This document shows, one piece after another, positions 19,960-30,094 of a stretch of 64,000 nt of DNA (positions are counted from its first letter, which is position 1; each line of letters begins with the position of its first letter). Source of the DNA: Frankiales bacterium (GTDB taxonomy: Bacteria; Actinomycetota; Actinomycetes; Mycobacteriales; SCTD01); contig JAODNA010000064.1 in assembly GCA_025465135.1 (NCBI GenBank), forward strand, positions 35 to 64,034, written 5' to 3'. Both the position numbers and the translations under genes were made by a program. The notes under the pieces are model-generated. The model ran no database searches. It was not told the DNA's origin and saw nothing but the letters and a program-made list of their open reading frames with translations.

Positions 19960-20727
19960 CTACCTCTTCCGGATGTTGGCGACAGCCTCGAGGCGCAGCT
20001 GGCGAAGGTGCTCGCGGCAGCCACTCACGACCCGCCGCCAGCCGTAGAGCCGCCAGTGCCGGACGAGCAGGTAGCAGTAGCCGAGATGCAGCACCCACGG
20101 CCGCCGTCGCAGGGTGGCCAGCATGCTTGTCGGGTGCTGCCGGTAGTTCAGCAACGGCTCGTCGACGAGTACACCCGACAGCCCACGCCCGGCCAAACCA
20201 AGGTAGAAGTCCCAGTCCTCGCGGCCGCGCTTGAGCCGTTCGTTGTACCTGACCTCACGCACGAGAGCGGTCGGAAGCAGTGCGCTTGCATGGACGAAGT
20301 TCTCGCGCAGGAGACGCTCCACGTCCCATGGCGGAAAGCTCGAAGTCCCCGACGTCGCGCCGAACATCCGGACCTGCGTGTAGGCGAACGCCGCTGTCGG
20401 CGTCTCCCGGATGGCCCGCAGGCAATGCTCGACGTACGTCGGCTCCAGGGTGTCATCGGCGTCGAGGAACATCACGTAGTCGGAGCTCACCAGTGCTGCG
20501 CCGGTGTTGCGGGCAGCGGACAGCCCTCGGCAGCGCTGCTGAACCAACCTCACCCTCGGCGCATAGGTCCGGGTGACGTCCGCAGTCGCGTCCGTGGAGC
20601 CGTCGTCAACGACGACGATCTCACTGAGGGTCAGCGTCTGTGCGAGGGCGCTCTCGATCGCCTCCGCCACCAGATGGCCGTAGTTGTGGCACGGAATCAC
20701 GACCGCCACCTGATCGCCCGCAGTCAT
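19960..20727 (-). CDS. GT2 family glycosyltransferase
   Basis: VIPCHNYG, VDDGSTD, ARNTG, FLDADD, EDWDF. Confidence 0.9.
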   Translation of the reverse strand: MTAGDQVAVVIPCHNYGHLVAEAIESALAQTLTLSEIVVVDDGSTDATADVTRTYAPRVRLVQQRCRGLSAARNTGAALVSSDYVMFLDADDTLEPTYVEHCLRAIRETPTAAFAYTQVRMFGATSGTSSFPPWDVERLLRENFVHASALLPTALVREVRYNERLKRGREDWDFYLGLAGRGLSGVLVDEPLLNYRQHPTSMLATLRRRPWVLHLGYCYLLVRHWRLYGWRRVVSGCREHLRQLRLEAVANIRKR

Positions 20728-21926
20728 GATCCGCCCCGTTTCGCGGCGATCGCCTCCAGCCAGACCCCCAGCTTTGCGGCAGCCGCGGCGGCAGGCGTGT
20801 GATGGGCGAGCACATGGGTCCGCCCGCGTCGGCCGTACGACGTCGCAAGCGCCTCATCCCGCAGGAAGGGCGCGAGCGCCACGGCGCACGCTTGGGCGTC
20901 CCCCGTCGGAAACGTCACCGCCCCGGCTGCCGGTCCTAGGTGCTCCGCGGCACCGCAACCGTCACTGATGACGACCGGTCGGCCGGCCGCCAGCGCCTCC
21001 AGGCACACCATGGAGTAGGGCTCGTAACGACTCGGGACGACCACAACACGACAACGCGCATAGAGACCAGAGATCTCACCAGGTGACAAGCGGCCGGGCA
21101 GGTCGAGCGGAATCCCGAGGCGTTGTGCCTGCTCCTGCAGGATCTCCGAGACCCACCTGCCGTCCGCCTCGCGGGTGTCGCCACCCGCCATCGTCACCTT
21201 GAGCCCAGGAAAGCTCTCGGCGAGGATCGCAGCCGCCGACACGAGAATGTCCGGCCCCTTTCGGAGCTCGAGACGGCCCACCAGCACGACCAGCGGTGGG
21301 TTGTCCCCCGCCGCGGTGGGGGCCGGCCCCTCGACGGGCACCGGCATGGGAACCAATACAGGCGTCACACGCGGTGGCAAGGCGGATTCACCCGACGCGA
21401 GGGTCCACGCCGCTCGGCTCGGCGCGGTGGTGACGTCGGCGCGGCCGGCGTCACGCGCTTCCCACCACTCGGCAAGGCGGTGCTCCCGCTGAGGAATCCA
21501 CCCGGCATGACTGCGAAACGCCCGGAGCGAACCGTGAACATGCCTGGCGTGCACAGCTGCCTTACTGCGCGGCACGAACCCGCCCTCACCAAGCCAGTCG
21601 GGACCCTCGATGACGTCGAAGGGCCCGTACGGCCGGAGGGCCAGGCGGGCTTGGACGGCTGCTTCCACCCTGGCGCTGGCGGCCGGCCAGTGCGCCGCGA
21701 TCCGTGCCGGCAGTGTCCACGGTCGCGTGACGACGGCTCGGTAGCCGGCGGCGGGCGACGCCGTCGCCCTCGACACAGGATCCCGCCCGAAGACGGTCAC
21801 ATCGACACCCATCTCGTGCAGACCCTGGGCCAGGTAGTGCGTGTACGAGCCGAGGCCGCCGCCGAAGGACGCGAGGCTGTACTCCTGCGCGAGCAGGGCT
21901 ACGCGCGAGATCGTGTTCGATGTCAT
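20724..21926 (-). CDS. GT4 family glycosyltransferase
   Basis: Probable start ATG 21926 (MTSNTISRVALL); GGLGSY, VGRLELRKG, PSRYEPYSMVCLEALAAGRPV. Confidence 0.87.
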   Translation of the reverse strand: MTSNTISRVALLAQEYSLASFGGGLGSYTHYLAQGLHEMGVDVTVFGRDPVSRATASPAAGYRAVVTRPWTLPARIAAHWPAASARVEAAVQARLALRPYGPFDVIEGPDWLGEGGFVPRSKAAVHARHVHGSLRAFRSHAGWIPQREHRLAEWWEARDAGRADVTTAPSRAAWTLASGESALPPRVTPVLVPMPVPVEGPAPTAAGDNPPLVVLVGRLELRKGPDILVSAAAILAESFPGLKVTMAGGDTREADGRWVSEILQEQAQRLGIPLDLPGRLSPGEISGLYARCRVVVVPSRYEPYSMVCLEALAAGRPVVISDGCGAAEHLGPAAGAVTFPTGDAQACAVALAPFLRDEALATSYGRRGRTHVLAHHTPAAAAAAKLGVWLEAIAAKRGGS

Positions 21927-22028
21927 CGCATCGCGCACGAGGGTGCAGACCACCTGTCGCCGTCGATCCAGCCGTTGGACGCCACAACACGGTACTGGCT
22001 CATCGCTACCTGCCGATACGGTGCGCCC

Positions 22029-23090
22029 GTGGTCGCGACTCTGGAGGCCCCGCCGCCTCGAGCCGGGCGCATGCCATCCCTGACTGGTCTGCGCGGCATC
22101 GCAGCCAGCGCCGTCTTCGTGAATCACATCGACTATTGGCTCGACGGAACCCCGCTCGCCGGGCGATGGGCGGCGCTGACCTATGTCGCCATCTGCGGCG
22201 TCATCCTCTTCTTCGTTCTCAGCGGGTTCCTGCTGGCCCAGCCGCAGTCGATGCGCGGCGGCAAAGGGAGCTTCTGGGCTCGGCGCGGTGCCCGCATCCT
22301 GCCCGTTTATCTGCTGAGCCTTGCTGTGATGTGGGCGTTCGGGATGTACCACGACCCTTCGGCCTCTCGACTTCGTCCGGGGAACCTGATCGCGAACCTC
22401 CTCCTCGTTCAGAGCTGGTCGTCCTCCGGGACGGGCGCCAGCATCAACCTGCCCGCCTGGTCGCTTAGCGTCGAGCTGCTCTTCTACGCACTGCTGCCAC
22501 TCCTGATCCGTCCGTGCACCGCCGCGTTCAACAGGTGGCCTGGCGCGTCCCTCGGAGTCCTGCTGGTGATGGTCCAGGCGGGGGCCATGGCTGTCCGCTG
22601 GGGTGGCGCGAAGACGTTTCCGCCGGCGTACCTGCCGGTGTTCCTGCTGGGCGTCTACGCGGCGGCACGCCCCGCCGTGGCTCGGTCCGCCCGGATCTAC
22701 ATACCGCTGGCGATCGGCGCCGTGGTCATCAGCACTCCCTTGCACTACTTCGGGCTGGTGGCGCCGGCCTTCGCGGTGCTCATCGGCTCGCTCGCGCGCC
22801 ACGACACCACCGGCGAACGGAGCGTGCTCACCGGTGGTACCGCCCAGCGTTTGGGCGTGTGGTCCTACGCGTTCTTCCTGTTTCACGTCCCCGTGGGATT
22901 CGTTTTGGTGTCCCTCATCAGCAAGCCGAACGACTCGACTGCCGGGCTGTCGTGGTCAGCGATCCAGTTCGCCGCGTCCTGGACAGTCGCCGCGCTGATC
23001 TACCGCCTGGTCGAGGAACCGGCTCGCCTGACGTTGTCACGACCCCGGGGAAACGCTTCCACGACAAGTGGGTTGCCTCCGGTAGGTTGA
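22029..23090 (+). CDS. acyltransferase-3 (OafA-like) membrane O-acyltransferase
   Basis: PSLTGLRG, FFVLSGF, RRGARILP, WSLSVELLFY; start GTG 22029 or ATG 22071. Confidence 0.88.
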   Translation: MVATLEAPPPRAGRMPSLTGLRGIAASAVFVNHIDYWLDGTPLAGRWAALTYVAICGVILFFVLSGFLLAQPQSMRGGKGSFWARRGARILPVYLLSLAVMWAFGMYHDPSASRLRPGNLIANLLLVQSWSSSGTGASINLPAWSLSVELLFYALLPLLIRPCTAAFNRWPGASLGVLLVMVQAGAMAVRWGGAKTFPPAYLPVFLLGVYAAARPAVARSARIYIPLAIGAVVISTPLHYFGLVAPAFAVLIGSLARHDTTGERSVLTGGTAQRLGVWSYAFFLFHVPVGFVLVSLISKPNDSTAGLSWSAIQFAASWTVAALIYRLVEEPARLTLSRPRGNASTTSGLPPVG

Positions 23091-23094
23091 CGCC

Positions 23095-24483
23095 GTGGAG
23101 GCCGCCAGTGCGCTTGGGCTGCTGCGGCGACGGTGGCTGCCTCTGCTCGTCTGCATCCTGATTGGACTGTCCGCAGCCTTTGTTGTAACTCGACAGACTC
23201 CAAAGACGTACGCAGCCTCCACGACGCTGATCATCAACATCCCTAACGCGGGCAGTTCGGCTGAGGCACTCCAGGGTCTGCAGCTGTCGACCCAGCTCCT
23301 CAAGAGCTACGCATCCATTGCCACGTCGCGATCGTCTGCCGAGCAGATTCGCAAGCGACTGGGTCTGTCCGACTCCGCGGACAGCATTCGCGGGAGCCTC
23401 AGCGCTACCCCGGAGCCGGAGACCCTGCTTATCTCTCTGTCAGCGACGGCGCCCCAACCAGGCAGAGCGGCGGACATCGCGAATGCCGCCGCCGCGGTTC
23501 TGATCGACTCCGTGCGAACCTTGGAAAGTGGCAAGAGCGCACGGGTGGATCCACGCGTAGTAGACGCCGCCATTCCGTCCTTCAGTCCAGTCCGACCCCG
23601 ACCCAAGATCAATATGGCCATCGGCCTCTTCGTCGGCCTCATAAGTGGTTTGGCCGCGGCTTTGCTGATCGAGGCCCTCGATCGCGCCGTCAAGACGACG
23701 GCTCAGGCTGAGGCAGGTTTCGGTGCCCCGCTCCTCGCCGTCGTACCGCGCCTGCCCAGCGTCAAGGGCCGTCAGCTCCCTTCGATCGACAACCCACTGA
23801 CCCCCGCGGGAGAGGCCTACCGCAACCTACGCACCGCGGTGCGGTTCATCAGCCCTGATCACCCCCTGCGGACCGTGCTCGTGACATCACCCGGGCCGGG
23901 GGAAGGCAAGACGACGACGGCGACGAACCTGGCGGTGTCGCTGGCCCAAGCAGGGGAACGCGTCGTCCTCGTCGACGCCGACCTGCGACGCGGCCGGGTC
24001 GTCGACATCTTCGGCCTTCCGGGCGGTGTGGGCCTCACCTCGGTCATCACCCACACTGCCACGTTGGAAGAGGCTCTCCAAGGCTCACAGGACCGGCTCG
24101 CCGTACTGGGCACCGGTCCGCTCCCGCCCAACCCGTCCGAGCTGTTGGGGTCAGAGGCCATGGCCCAGATCCTGGAACAACTCCGACCGATCGCCGACGT
24201 GGTCGTGCTCGACGGCCCTCCGGTGCTCGCCGTGAGCGACGCTGTTGCGCTCGCGACCCAGGTCGACGGGGTCGTCATGGTGGCGCGGGCAGGCAGCACG
24301 GATCGCCAAGACGCCTTCGAGGCGGCTCAGCGACTCGAGCGCGTGAGCGCTCACGTGGTGGGGTGCGTGTTGAACGGAGCAGCCAAGACAACAACGGCGT
24401 ACTACGACGGCTACCAGTACCTCCCCAAGCCGCCGACGAAGGAAGAAGCCGAACCGCGGAGGGGACGTCGGGTCGCCAGGTAG
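23095..24483 (+). CDS. polysaccharide biosynthesis tyrosine autokinase (Wzz/CapA-CapB fusion)
   Basis: Two TM segments flanking an extracellular part; GEAYRNLRT, GEGKTT, VDADLRR, PPNPSELL, Tyr cluster AYYDGYQY. Confidence 0.92.
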   Translation: MEAASALGLLRRRWLPLLVCILIGLSAAFVVTRQTPKTYAASTTLIINIPNAGSSAEALQGLQLSTQLLKSYASIATSRSSAEQIRKRLGLSDSADSIRGSLSATPEPETLLISLSATAPQPGRAADIANAAAAVLIDSVRTLESGKSARVDPRVVDAAIPSFSPVRPRPKINMAIGLFVGLISGLAAALLIEALDRAVKTTAQAEAGFGAPLLAVVPRLPSVKGRQLPSIDNPLTPAGEAYRNLRTAVRFISPDHPLRTVLVTSPGPGEGKTTTATNLAVSLAQAGERVVLVDADLRRGRVVDIFGLPGGVGLTSVITHTATLEEALQGSQDRLAVLGTGPLPPNPSELLGSEAMAQILEQLRPIADVVVLDGPPVLAVSDAVALATQVDGVVMVARAGSTDRQDAFEAAQRLERVSAHVVGCVLNGAAKTTTAYYDGYQYLPKPPTKEEAEPRRGRRVAR

Positions 24484-24527
24484 CCCACCTCCCTTGCGCC
24501 CCGCAGCCGCGATGGAATGCTGACCCG

Positions 24528-24740
24528 GTGACAAGCCCAACCCTCCCCCTCTGCCCGCAGTGCGGACAGCCGTCCGAGGTGATCGACGGCACGGAGGCGG
24601 ACATCTGCCCTTCCTGCCGAGAGGCGCCGGTCAGCGAGCGACCGGCCTGGTCGGCCCTCGAGATCGCCGGCGTCGTGGGCCTGCTGCTCGGAAGCGCCTG
24701 CATCGTCATCGCGATCGTCGCTGTCGTCGTCCGCGGGTGA
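24528..24740 (+). CDS. small zinc-ribbon membrane protein
   Basis: CPQC..CPSC followed by one C-terminal TM helix; 70 aa from GTG 24528; fills the gap in an operon. Confidence 0.6.
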   Translation: MTSPTLPLCPQCGQPSEVIDGTEADICPSCREAPVSERPAWSALEIAGVVGLLLGSACIVIAIVAVVVRG

Positions 24741-24753
24741 CCGGCCACTCCGC

Positions 24754-26523
24754 GTGAGCCTCCGACGAGCGTTAGCCCTCTTTGTCCTGGTGCTGCTGGC
24801 CGGATCCGGTTGGCTCGCCGTACGAGGCCTCGCGGCAAAGCGCGAGCTCACGGCGGCCCGCGCTGAGCTGGCCACCGCGCGGTCCGCCCTCCTCGAGCAG
24901 CATCTCGACGCCGCACGCATCGCCATCTCCGCGGCCGGCATCCACACGGCACGCGGCCGGACCCTGACCGACGACCCCGTCTGGAAGGTCGCGTCGCACA
25001 TCCCGCTGGCCGGCCGCTCGGTCGCCGTCGTACGAAGCCTCTCGGCGTCGGCGGACGTGCTTGCACGACAGGTGCTGCCCGGTGCGCTCGTGAGCGCCGA
25101 GACGCTCGACCCCGCCAGGGTCCGGCGCGGCGACGGAAGCATCGACCTGGCAGCCGTACGACGCTCGCAGCCCGGCCTCGATCAGCTTGCCGAGCAAACG
25201 CGCGTCCAGCGCCGACGGACGACGTCCTTGCCCACCGGACTGCTGCTGCCGCCCATCGCCCGGGCCCGCCGCGAGTTCGCCGACCAGCTGCGTCAGCTCG
25301 ACGAGGCAGCAACCGCCGCGGCGCGAGTTGCGGGCGTCCTCCCCGCGCTGCTCGGCGGCGATCGCCCGCGGACTTACTTCGTGATGGTGCAGCAGACGTC
25401 GGAGAGCCGCGGCACCGGTGGGCTGACCGGAGGCTTCGCGGTGCTGCGCGCGACGGGGGGTCGCCTGCAGGTCACCGCGCAAGGCACCGACGCCGACCTG
25501 CGCAACGGCCCGATCCCGCCGCCGACCGGGGTTCCGATGGACTACATCGACCTGTACGCCGACAACGGCGCCTTCGACCTCTGGCAGAACGTCAACCTCA
25601 GCCCTGACCTCCCTGTCGTCGCGCGCGTCGTCGCCGCCCGGTGGCGGAAGCAGAGCGGGCAGGCGATCGACGGCGTCATGACCGTGGACTCGCTGGCCCT
25701 CGCCGACATCCTGCGCGGCAGCGGACCGGTGGACGTCGGCAACGGGGTCACCGTGGCGCCGGAGCAGCTGCCCGACTACCTCGCCCTCGGCCAGTACCGC
25801 GACTTCCCCGCCATCTCCGAGCAGAACGCACGCAAGGAGCGGCTCGGGGCGGTCGCGCGGCTGGCCCTGCAACGCCTGACAGCGGGTGCTGGCAGCAGCG
25901 CGGACCTGGCCAGGGGCCTGAGCGACGCCCTTCGCTCCGGTCACCTGAGGATGGCCAGCGATGACCCGGCTCTGCGCACCCTGCACAACGAGGGCGTCGA
26001 CGGATCGCTGCCCACCGGCTCCGCACCCGTCGCGTACCCGGTGCTGTTCAACGCGAGCGGCGGCAAGCTCGACTACTTCATCGACCGCGCGGTCAGCTAC
26101 GCCGCAGGCGCATGCACCGGCTCACGGCGCCGCAGCCACATCACCGTCGACCTGCGCAACGGGGCACCGGCCACAGGCCTTCCCCCGTACGTCACCATCC
26201 ACCTCAACCAGGACGGGCAGCGTGCGTCGTACGACGACGCCGTGGTGCTCGCGGTGTTCACGACGCGAGGTGCTCAGTTCGACGGGGCATCCCTCGACGG
26301 CACGCCGATCAGCATGGCGCCGATGGGGAACGGGCCGTACCTGTCGAAGGGCACCGAGGCAGGCTTACCGGTCTGGTACCTCTACCTCGACCTGCCCAGG
26401 GGTGAGACCCGGCGGCTCGTGCTCGACCTGAACGAGCCGGTCAGCTCGGGGGCGGCGCGCATGCCGGAGCAGCCGCTGGCGCGACCGATGAGGGTCACGA
26501 CCAGGGTGCCGACCTGCGGCTGA
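24754..26523 (+). CDS. DUF4012 domain protein
   Basis: N-terminal TM; RTYFVMVQ..SESRGTGG, VNLSPD, IDGVM, GGKLDYF; typical of actinobacterial capsule loci. Confidence 0.85.
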   Translation: MSLRRALALFVLVLLAGSGWLAVRGLAAKRELTAARAELATARSALLEQHLDAARIAISAAGIHTARGRTLTDDPVWKVASHIPLAGRSVAVVRSLSASADVLARQVLPGALVSAETLDPARVRRGDGSIDLAAVRRSQPGLDQLAEQTRVQRRRTTSLPTGLLLPPIARARREFADQLRQLDEAATAAARVAGVLPALLGGDRPRTYFVMVQQTSESRGTGGLTGGFAVLRATGGRLQVTAQGTDADLRNGPIPPPTGVPMDYIDLYADNGAFDLWQNVNLSPDLPVVARVVAARWRKQSGQAIDGVMTVDSLALADILRGSGPVDVGNGVTVAPEQLPDYLALGQYRDFPAISEQNARKERLGAVARLALQRLTAGAGSSADLARGLSDALRSGHLRMASDDPALRTLHNEGVDGSLPTGSAPVAYPVLFNASGGKLDYFIDRAVSYAAGACTGSRRRSHITVDLRNGAPATGLPPYVTIHLNQDGQRASYDDAVVLAVFTTRGAQFDGASLDGTPISMAPMGNGPYLSKGTEAGLPVWYLYLDLPRGETRRLVLDLNEPVSSGAARMPEQPLARPMRVTTRVPTCG

Positions 26524-26527
26524 GGAC

Positions 26528-27139
26528 CTATGCGGCGAGACGGCGGCGGCGGCCACCGGCGACGGCAACGCCACCGGCACCGACGAGCACGACGCCGAAG
26601 AGACCCACGGCGGCGATCTCCGCACCTGTGCGCGGCAGCGGCCCGATGCCCGTGCCGTTGCCACCTCCGCCGGCGCCGGTCGCTGCGATGACCTGGATGG
26701 GGACCGGGACCGTGGCGGCCTTCCCGTTGGCTGCCAGCCCGCGGAACACGATGTGGTGTGCCCCCAGCGACAGACTGGCAGGGATGACCACGTCACCGTC
26801 GACGACGCCGGCGCTGTCGGCCCGGAACGTGTCGAGGTAGATCGGCGTCGACTGGGCGTAGACCTTGACGTTGCTGTTGGGCTGCCAGTCCTGCCCGTGC
26901 ACGTGCTCCTTCTGGCCGTGCTCGACGGTGTCGTCGCCGACGTTGCCCTTGGGCTTGCACTGCCCGGGCGGGTAGTGACCGTTGGGGTTGGGGCAGTTGC
27001 TGCCCGGCGACGCGGACGGGGTCGGCTTCGGCTTCGCCGCGGCGGCCGGGCCGGCGGAGGCCGCGGACTGCAGCCCGAGGACACCCAGACCGGACAGGGC
27101 GAGCGCGGCGGTCGTCGCCGCGACGCGTGACACCATCAT
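26528..27139 (-). CDS. LPXTG (sortase)-anchored surface protein
   Basis: Signal peptide ending AASA; LPRTG + hydrophobic helix + RRRR tail. Confidence 0.85.
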   Translation of the reverse strand: MMVSRVAATTAALALSGLGVLGLQSAASAGPAAAAKPKPTPSASPGSNCPNPNGHYPPGQCKPKGNVGDDTVEHGQKEHVHGQDWQPNSNVKVYAQSTPIYLDTFRADSAGVVDGDVVIPASLSLGAHHIVFRGLAANGKAATVPVPIQVIAATGAGGGGNGTGIGPLPRTGAEIAAVGLFGVVLVGAGGVAVAGGRRRRLAA

Positions 27140-27366
27140 GAAGAACAGCTCCCAGGGAAGATCGCGAACGTCCAGTCGTCCTTCGGCAGTTTGCCCGCGC
27201 AGATCAAGCAGATGACCGTTTTCGCCACATTGGCTACTTGCCGCTACCTACTTCAACGGTCGAGTAACCCTTTCGTCGCGGGTGGGCCAGGGTAAGTGCG
27301 ATCTTTCACACGCAACGACGTTGCTCAGCGGAGAGACCTCTCCGCGACGAGGGAGGCCTCGAGCGG

Positions 27367-28833
27367 ATGGCGCTGAGCGTGGAGGAGCGGGCCGTGACTG
27401 CGCTGTCGCTGCCCTCGGCGGACGCGGCCCGCTGGCTGCGGCGCTACCGCGTGTGCCTCCTCCTCGGCGACGCCACCGCGCTGCTCCTGGCCGGCGTGAT
27501 CGCCGTACAGGCCCGGTTCGGTGCCTCAGCCGGCGGCGTGCACGGGCTCTCCTACTACGGCGTCGCAGCGCTGGTCGGGCTGGCCTGGCTCGCGGCGCTG
27601 GCCAGCAGCCGCTGCTACGAGGCGCGGTTCCTCGGCAGCGGGCCGGAGGAGTACCGGCGGATCAGCAACGCCTCCGTCCACGTCGTCGCCGCCGTCGCCC
27701 TCGTCTGCTACGGGCTGAAGCTCGACGTCGCCCGTGGCTTCGTCGCCCTCGTCCTTCCGCTCGGCACCGTCCTGCTGCTCCTCGGGCGGTACGTCGCCAG
27801 GCAGGAGCTCTACCGCAAGCGCCGCCACGGCCGCTGCAGTCACCGCGTGCTGGTGGTTGGGGCCGCCGGGCCGGCTGAGGACCTGATCCGCCAGCTGCGT
27901 CACGAGCCCCTCGCCGGTCTCCAGGTCGTGGGTGCCTGCCTTCCCGGTGGCGGCGGTGCGGCCCTCGAGGTCGCTGGCGCGCAGATCCCCGTGGTCGGTT
28001 CGCTGTCGACCGTCGTGGCAGCGATGACCGAGGTGCGCGCCGACACCCTCGCCATCGCGTCCTCGCCGGGCATCACCGGCGAGGCGCTGCGCCGCCTGTC
28101 CTACGAGCTCGAGGGAACCGGCGTCGACCTGCTCGTTGCCCCTGCCCTCACCAACGTCACCGGGACGCGCATTCACATCCGGCCGGTCGCCGGGCTCCCG
28201 CTGCTCCACGTCGACGAGCCCGAGCTGACCGGCGGGCGCAAGGTCGTCAAGAACGTCTTCGACTGGTCGACGGCGCTCGTCATGCTGGTGCTCCTGCTGC
28301 CGCTACTGCTCGGCATCTCCGTCGCCGTACGACTCAGCAGCAAGGGGCCCGTCTTGTTCCGGCAGATCCGAGTCGGCCGCGACGGGAGCCTGTTCTGCAT
28401 CTACAAGTTCCGCACCATGTACGCCGACGCAGAGCAGCGGCTGGCCGAGCTCGCCGCCGCCAACGAGCACGACGGCGTGCTGTTCAAGATGCGCGAGGAC
28501 CCGCGCGTGACCCGTGTCGGGCGCTTCCTCCGGCACTACTCCCTCGACGAGTTCCCTCAGCTGGTCAACGTCATCCGCGGCCAGATGTCCCTGGTGGGTC
28601 CGCGGCCCCCGCTGCCGAGCGAGGTGGAGCAGTACGAAGGCCATGCCCACCGCCGGCTGCTGGTGCGGCCCGGCTGCACCGGGCTCTGGCAGGTGAGCGG
28701 ACGATCCAACCTCTCCTGGGAGGACACCGTCCGCCTGGACCTGCAGTACGTCGAGAACTGGTCGCTGGGCCTGGACCTGCTGATCCTCGTGAAATCCGTC
28801 CTCGCGGTGGTGCGAGGCTCCGGCGCGTACTGA
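27367..28833 (+). CDS. polyprenyl glycosylphosphotransferase (priming GT, WcaJ/CpsE-like)
   Basis: 4 TM, CoA-binding-like region, then KFRTM, DPRVTRVG, SLDEFPQ, MSLVGPRP, PGCTGLWQVSGR. Confidence 0.93.
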   Translation: MALSVEERAVTALSLPSADAARWLRRYRVCLLLGDATALLLAGVIAVQARFGASAGGVHGLSYYGVAALVGLAWLAALASSRCYEARFLGSGPEEYRRISNASVHVVAAVALVCYGLKLDVARGFVALVLPLGTVLLLLGRYVARQELYRKRRHGRCSHRVLVVGAAGPAEDLIRQLRHEPLAGLQVVGACLPGGGGAALEVAGAQIPVVGSLSTVVAAMTEVRADTLAIASSPGITGEALRRLSYELEGTGVDLLVAPALTNVTGTRIHIRPVAGLPLLHVDEPELTGGRKVVKNVFDWSTALVMLVLLLPLLLGISVAVRLSSKGPVLFRQIRVGRDGSLFCIYKFRTMYADAEQRLAELAAANEHDGVLFKMREDPRVTRVGRFLRHYSLDEFPQLVNVIRGQMSLVGPRPPLPSEVEQYEGHAHRRLLVRPGCTGLWQVSGRSNLSWEDTVRLDLQYVENWSLGLDLLILVKSVLAVVRGSGAY

Positions 28834-28879
28834 CCGCGGAGACATACTGTCGGCTGCGACCTAGCGCGCGGGAGGACAG

Positions 28880-30094
28880 ATGGAGGCCGAGGAGCGGCTG
28901 CTCGAAGCGCTGCGCGACCAGATCGTCGCCGGCCAGGTCGAGACGTTGCTGTCCCTCGAGCACTCCTCGGCCTCCCTGCGCAGCGAGGCAGAGGCGCTGA
29001 AGGCTGCGGCGGGAACGGCGCTGCAGGACGTGGCTGGGCTGTCGGCGGACTTCGCGACCTCGGCGCGGACGGCCGCTGCCTACCTGGCCACTGCCGCCCG
29101 GGACGCCGTCGCCGCTGCCGCCGCCGCGATCAACGAGGAAGCCAACCAGGCTGTCGCGCGCGTGCGTGCTGAGACCGCGGCAGCTGAGGCCTCACTCGCC
29201 ACAGCGGTGCGACAGGCCGCCGATGAGCTCAGCGACCGGGTGGAGACATCGCTCGCGGCGAGCGCCCATCAGGTCGACGCGGCGGCGGCATCGCTGTCGG
29301 AGCAGACGGGGACAGTCGCGGCTCACATCGCTGAGGCACAACGGACCGTGGTCGATGCGATCGTCGAGGCGGCGCACGTCGCCGACATCGCTCGGAAGGG
29401 ACTCGCCGAGCAGGTCGCCCGGGCGGGGGAATCCGTTCGCGCGGCGGGTGAGGACGTGAGCGCCGCCGCCGACGCGTCACGGCAGCGGCTGATTGCCGAG
29501 CTGACCGCGGAGCGGCAGGAGTGGGCGGGGGTCCTGTCCGAGGGGCTGGGCAGTGCCGAAGAGGCGACCGCGCGGATGGCCGAGCGCGTCACCGACGCAG
29601 GAGCCGGTACTTCCGAGGGGATGGCGGTCGTCGGCGAGCGCATCGTGGCCGCCCTCGAGGAACAGGGAGAGGTCCTTGCCGGCCACGCGGCCGGCTTCAG
29701 CGGCGACGTCGAGAACCTGCTGGTGCGGTGGGAGAAGCGCGACGCCCGCCGGGACTCCCGGGCAGAGGACCGGCTCGCGGCCCTGGTCCAGCGCATCGAT
29801 GCCGGCTGGCAGGAGCTCGCGGCGGCGGTGACCGCGGAGACGGAGCGCATGGCCACCCGCGACCGGACCCAGGAGCGGCAGCGAGCGCAGGAGTTCGCCA
29901 TCGTGCTCGAGGACGTCCTCGGCCGCGCGGGCCTGTCGACCCGCGGCCTCCGGGGCCGGATCTTGAAGGTCCTCGAGGAGGACCGAGCTGCCGAGCCCGC
30001 TCCGACTCCGATCCCCGAGAAGGCCGCCGAGCCGGCGACGCCGACGCCGCGAGCCCGACGGAAGAAGCCCGTGCAGACCGACGAGGAGAGCTGA
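28880..30094 (+). CDS. Ala/Glu-rich alpha-helical (coiled-coil) hypothetical protein
   Basis: GGAGG RBS; GC3-rich codons; helical composition with almost no Pro until the tail. Confidence 0.7.
   Translation: MEAEERLLEALRDQIVAGQVETLLSLEHSSASLRSEAEALKAAAGTALQDVAGLSADFATSARTAAAYLATAARDAVAAAAAAINEEANQAVARVRAETAAAEASLATAVRQAADELSDRVETSLAASAHQVDAAAASLSEQTGTVAAHIAEAQRTVVDAIVEAAHVADIARKGLAEQVARAGESVRAAGEDVSAAADASRQRLIAELTAERQEWAGVLSEGLGSAEEATARMAERVTDAGAGTSEGMAVVGERIVAALEEQGEVLAGHAAGFSGDVENLLVRWEKRDARRDSRAEDRLAALVQRIDAGWQELAAAVTAETERMATRDRTQERQRAQEFAIVLEDVLGRAGLSTRGLRGRILKVLEEDRAAEPAPTPIPEKAAEPATPTPRARRKKPVQTDEES

Noticed and set aside
21927-22886. 720-aa version of the GT4 ORF (and the 655-aa version of the acyltransferase)
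   Set aside because: The extensions are antisense shadows of each other; family motifs begin at 21926 (-) and about 22029 (+)
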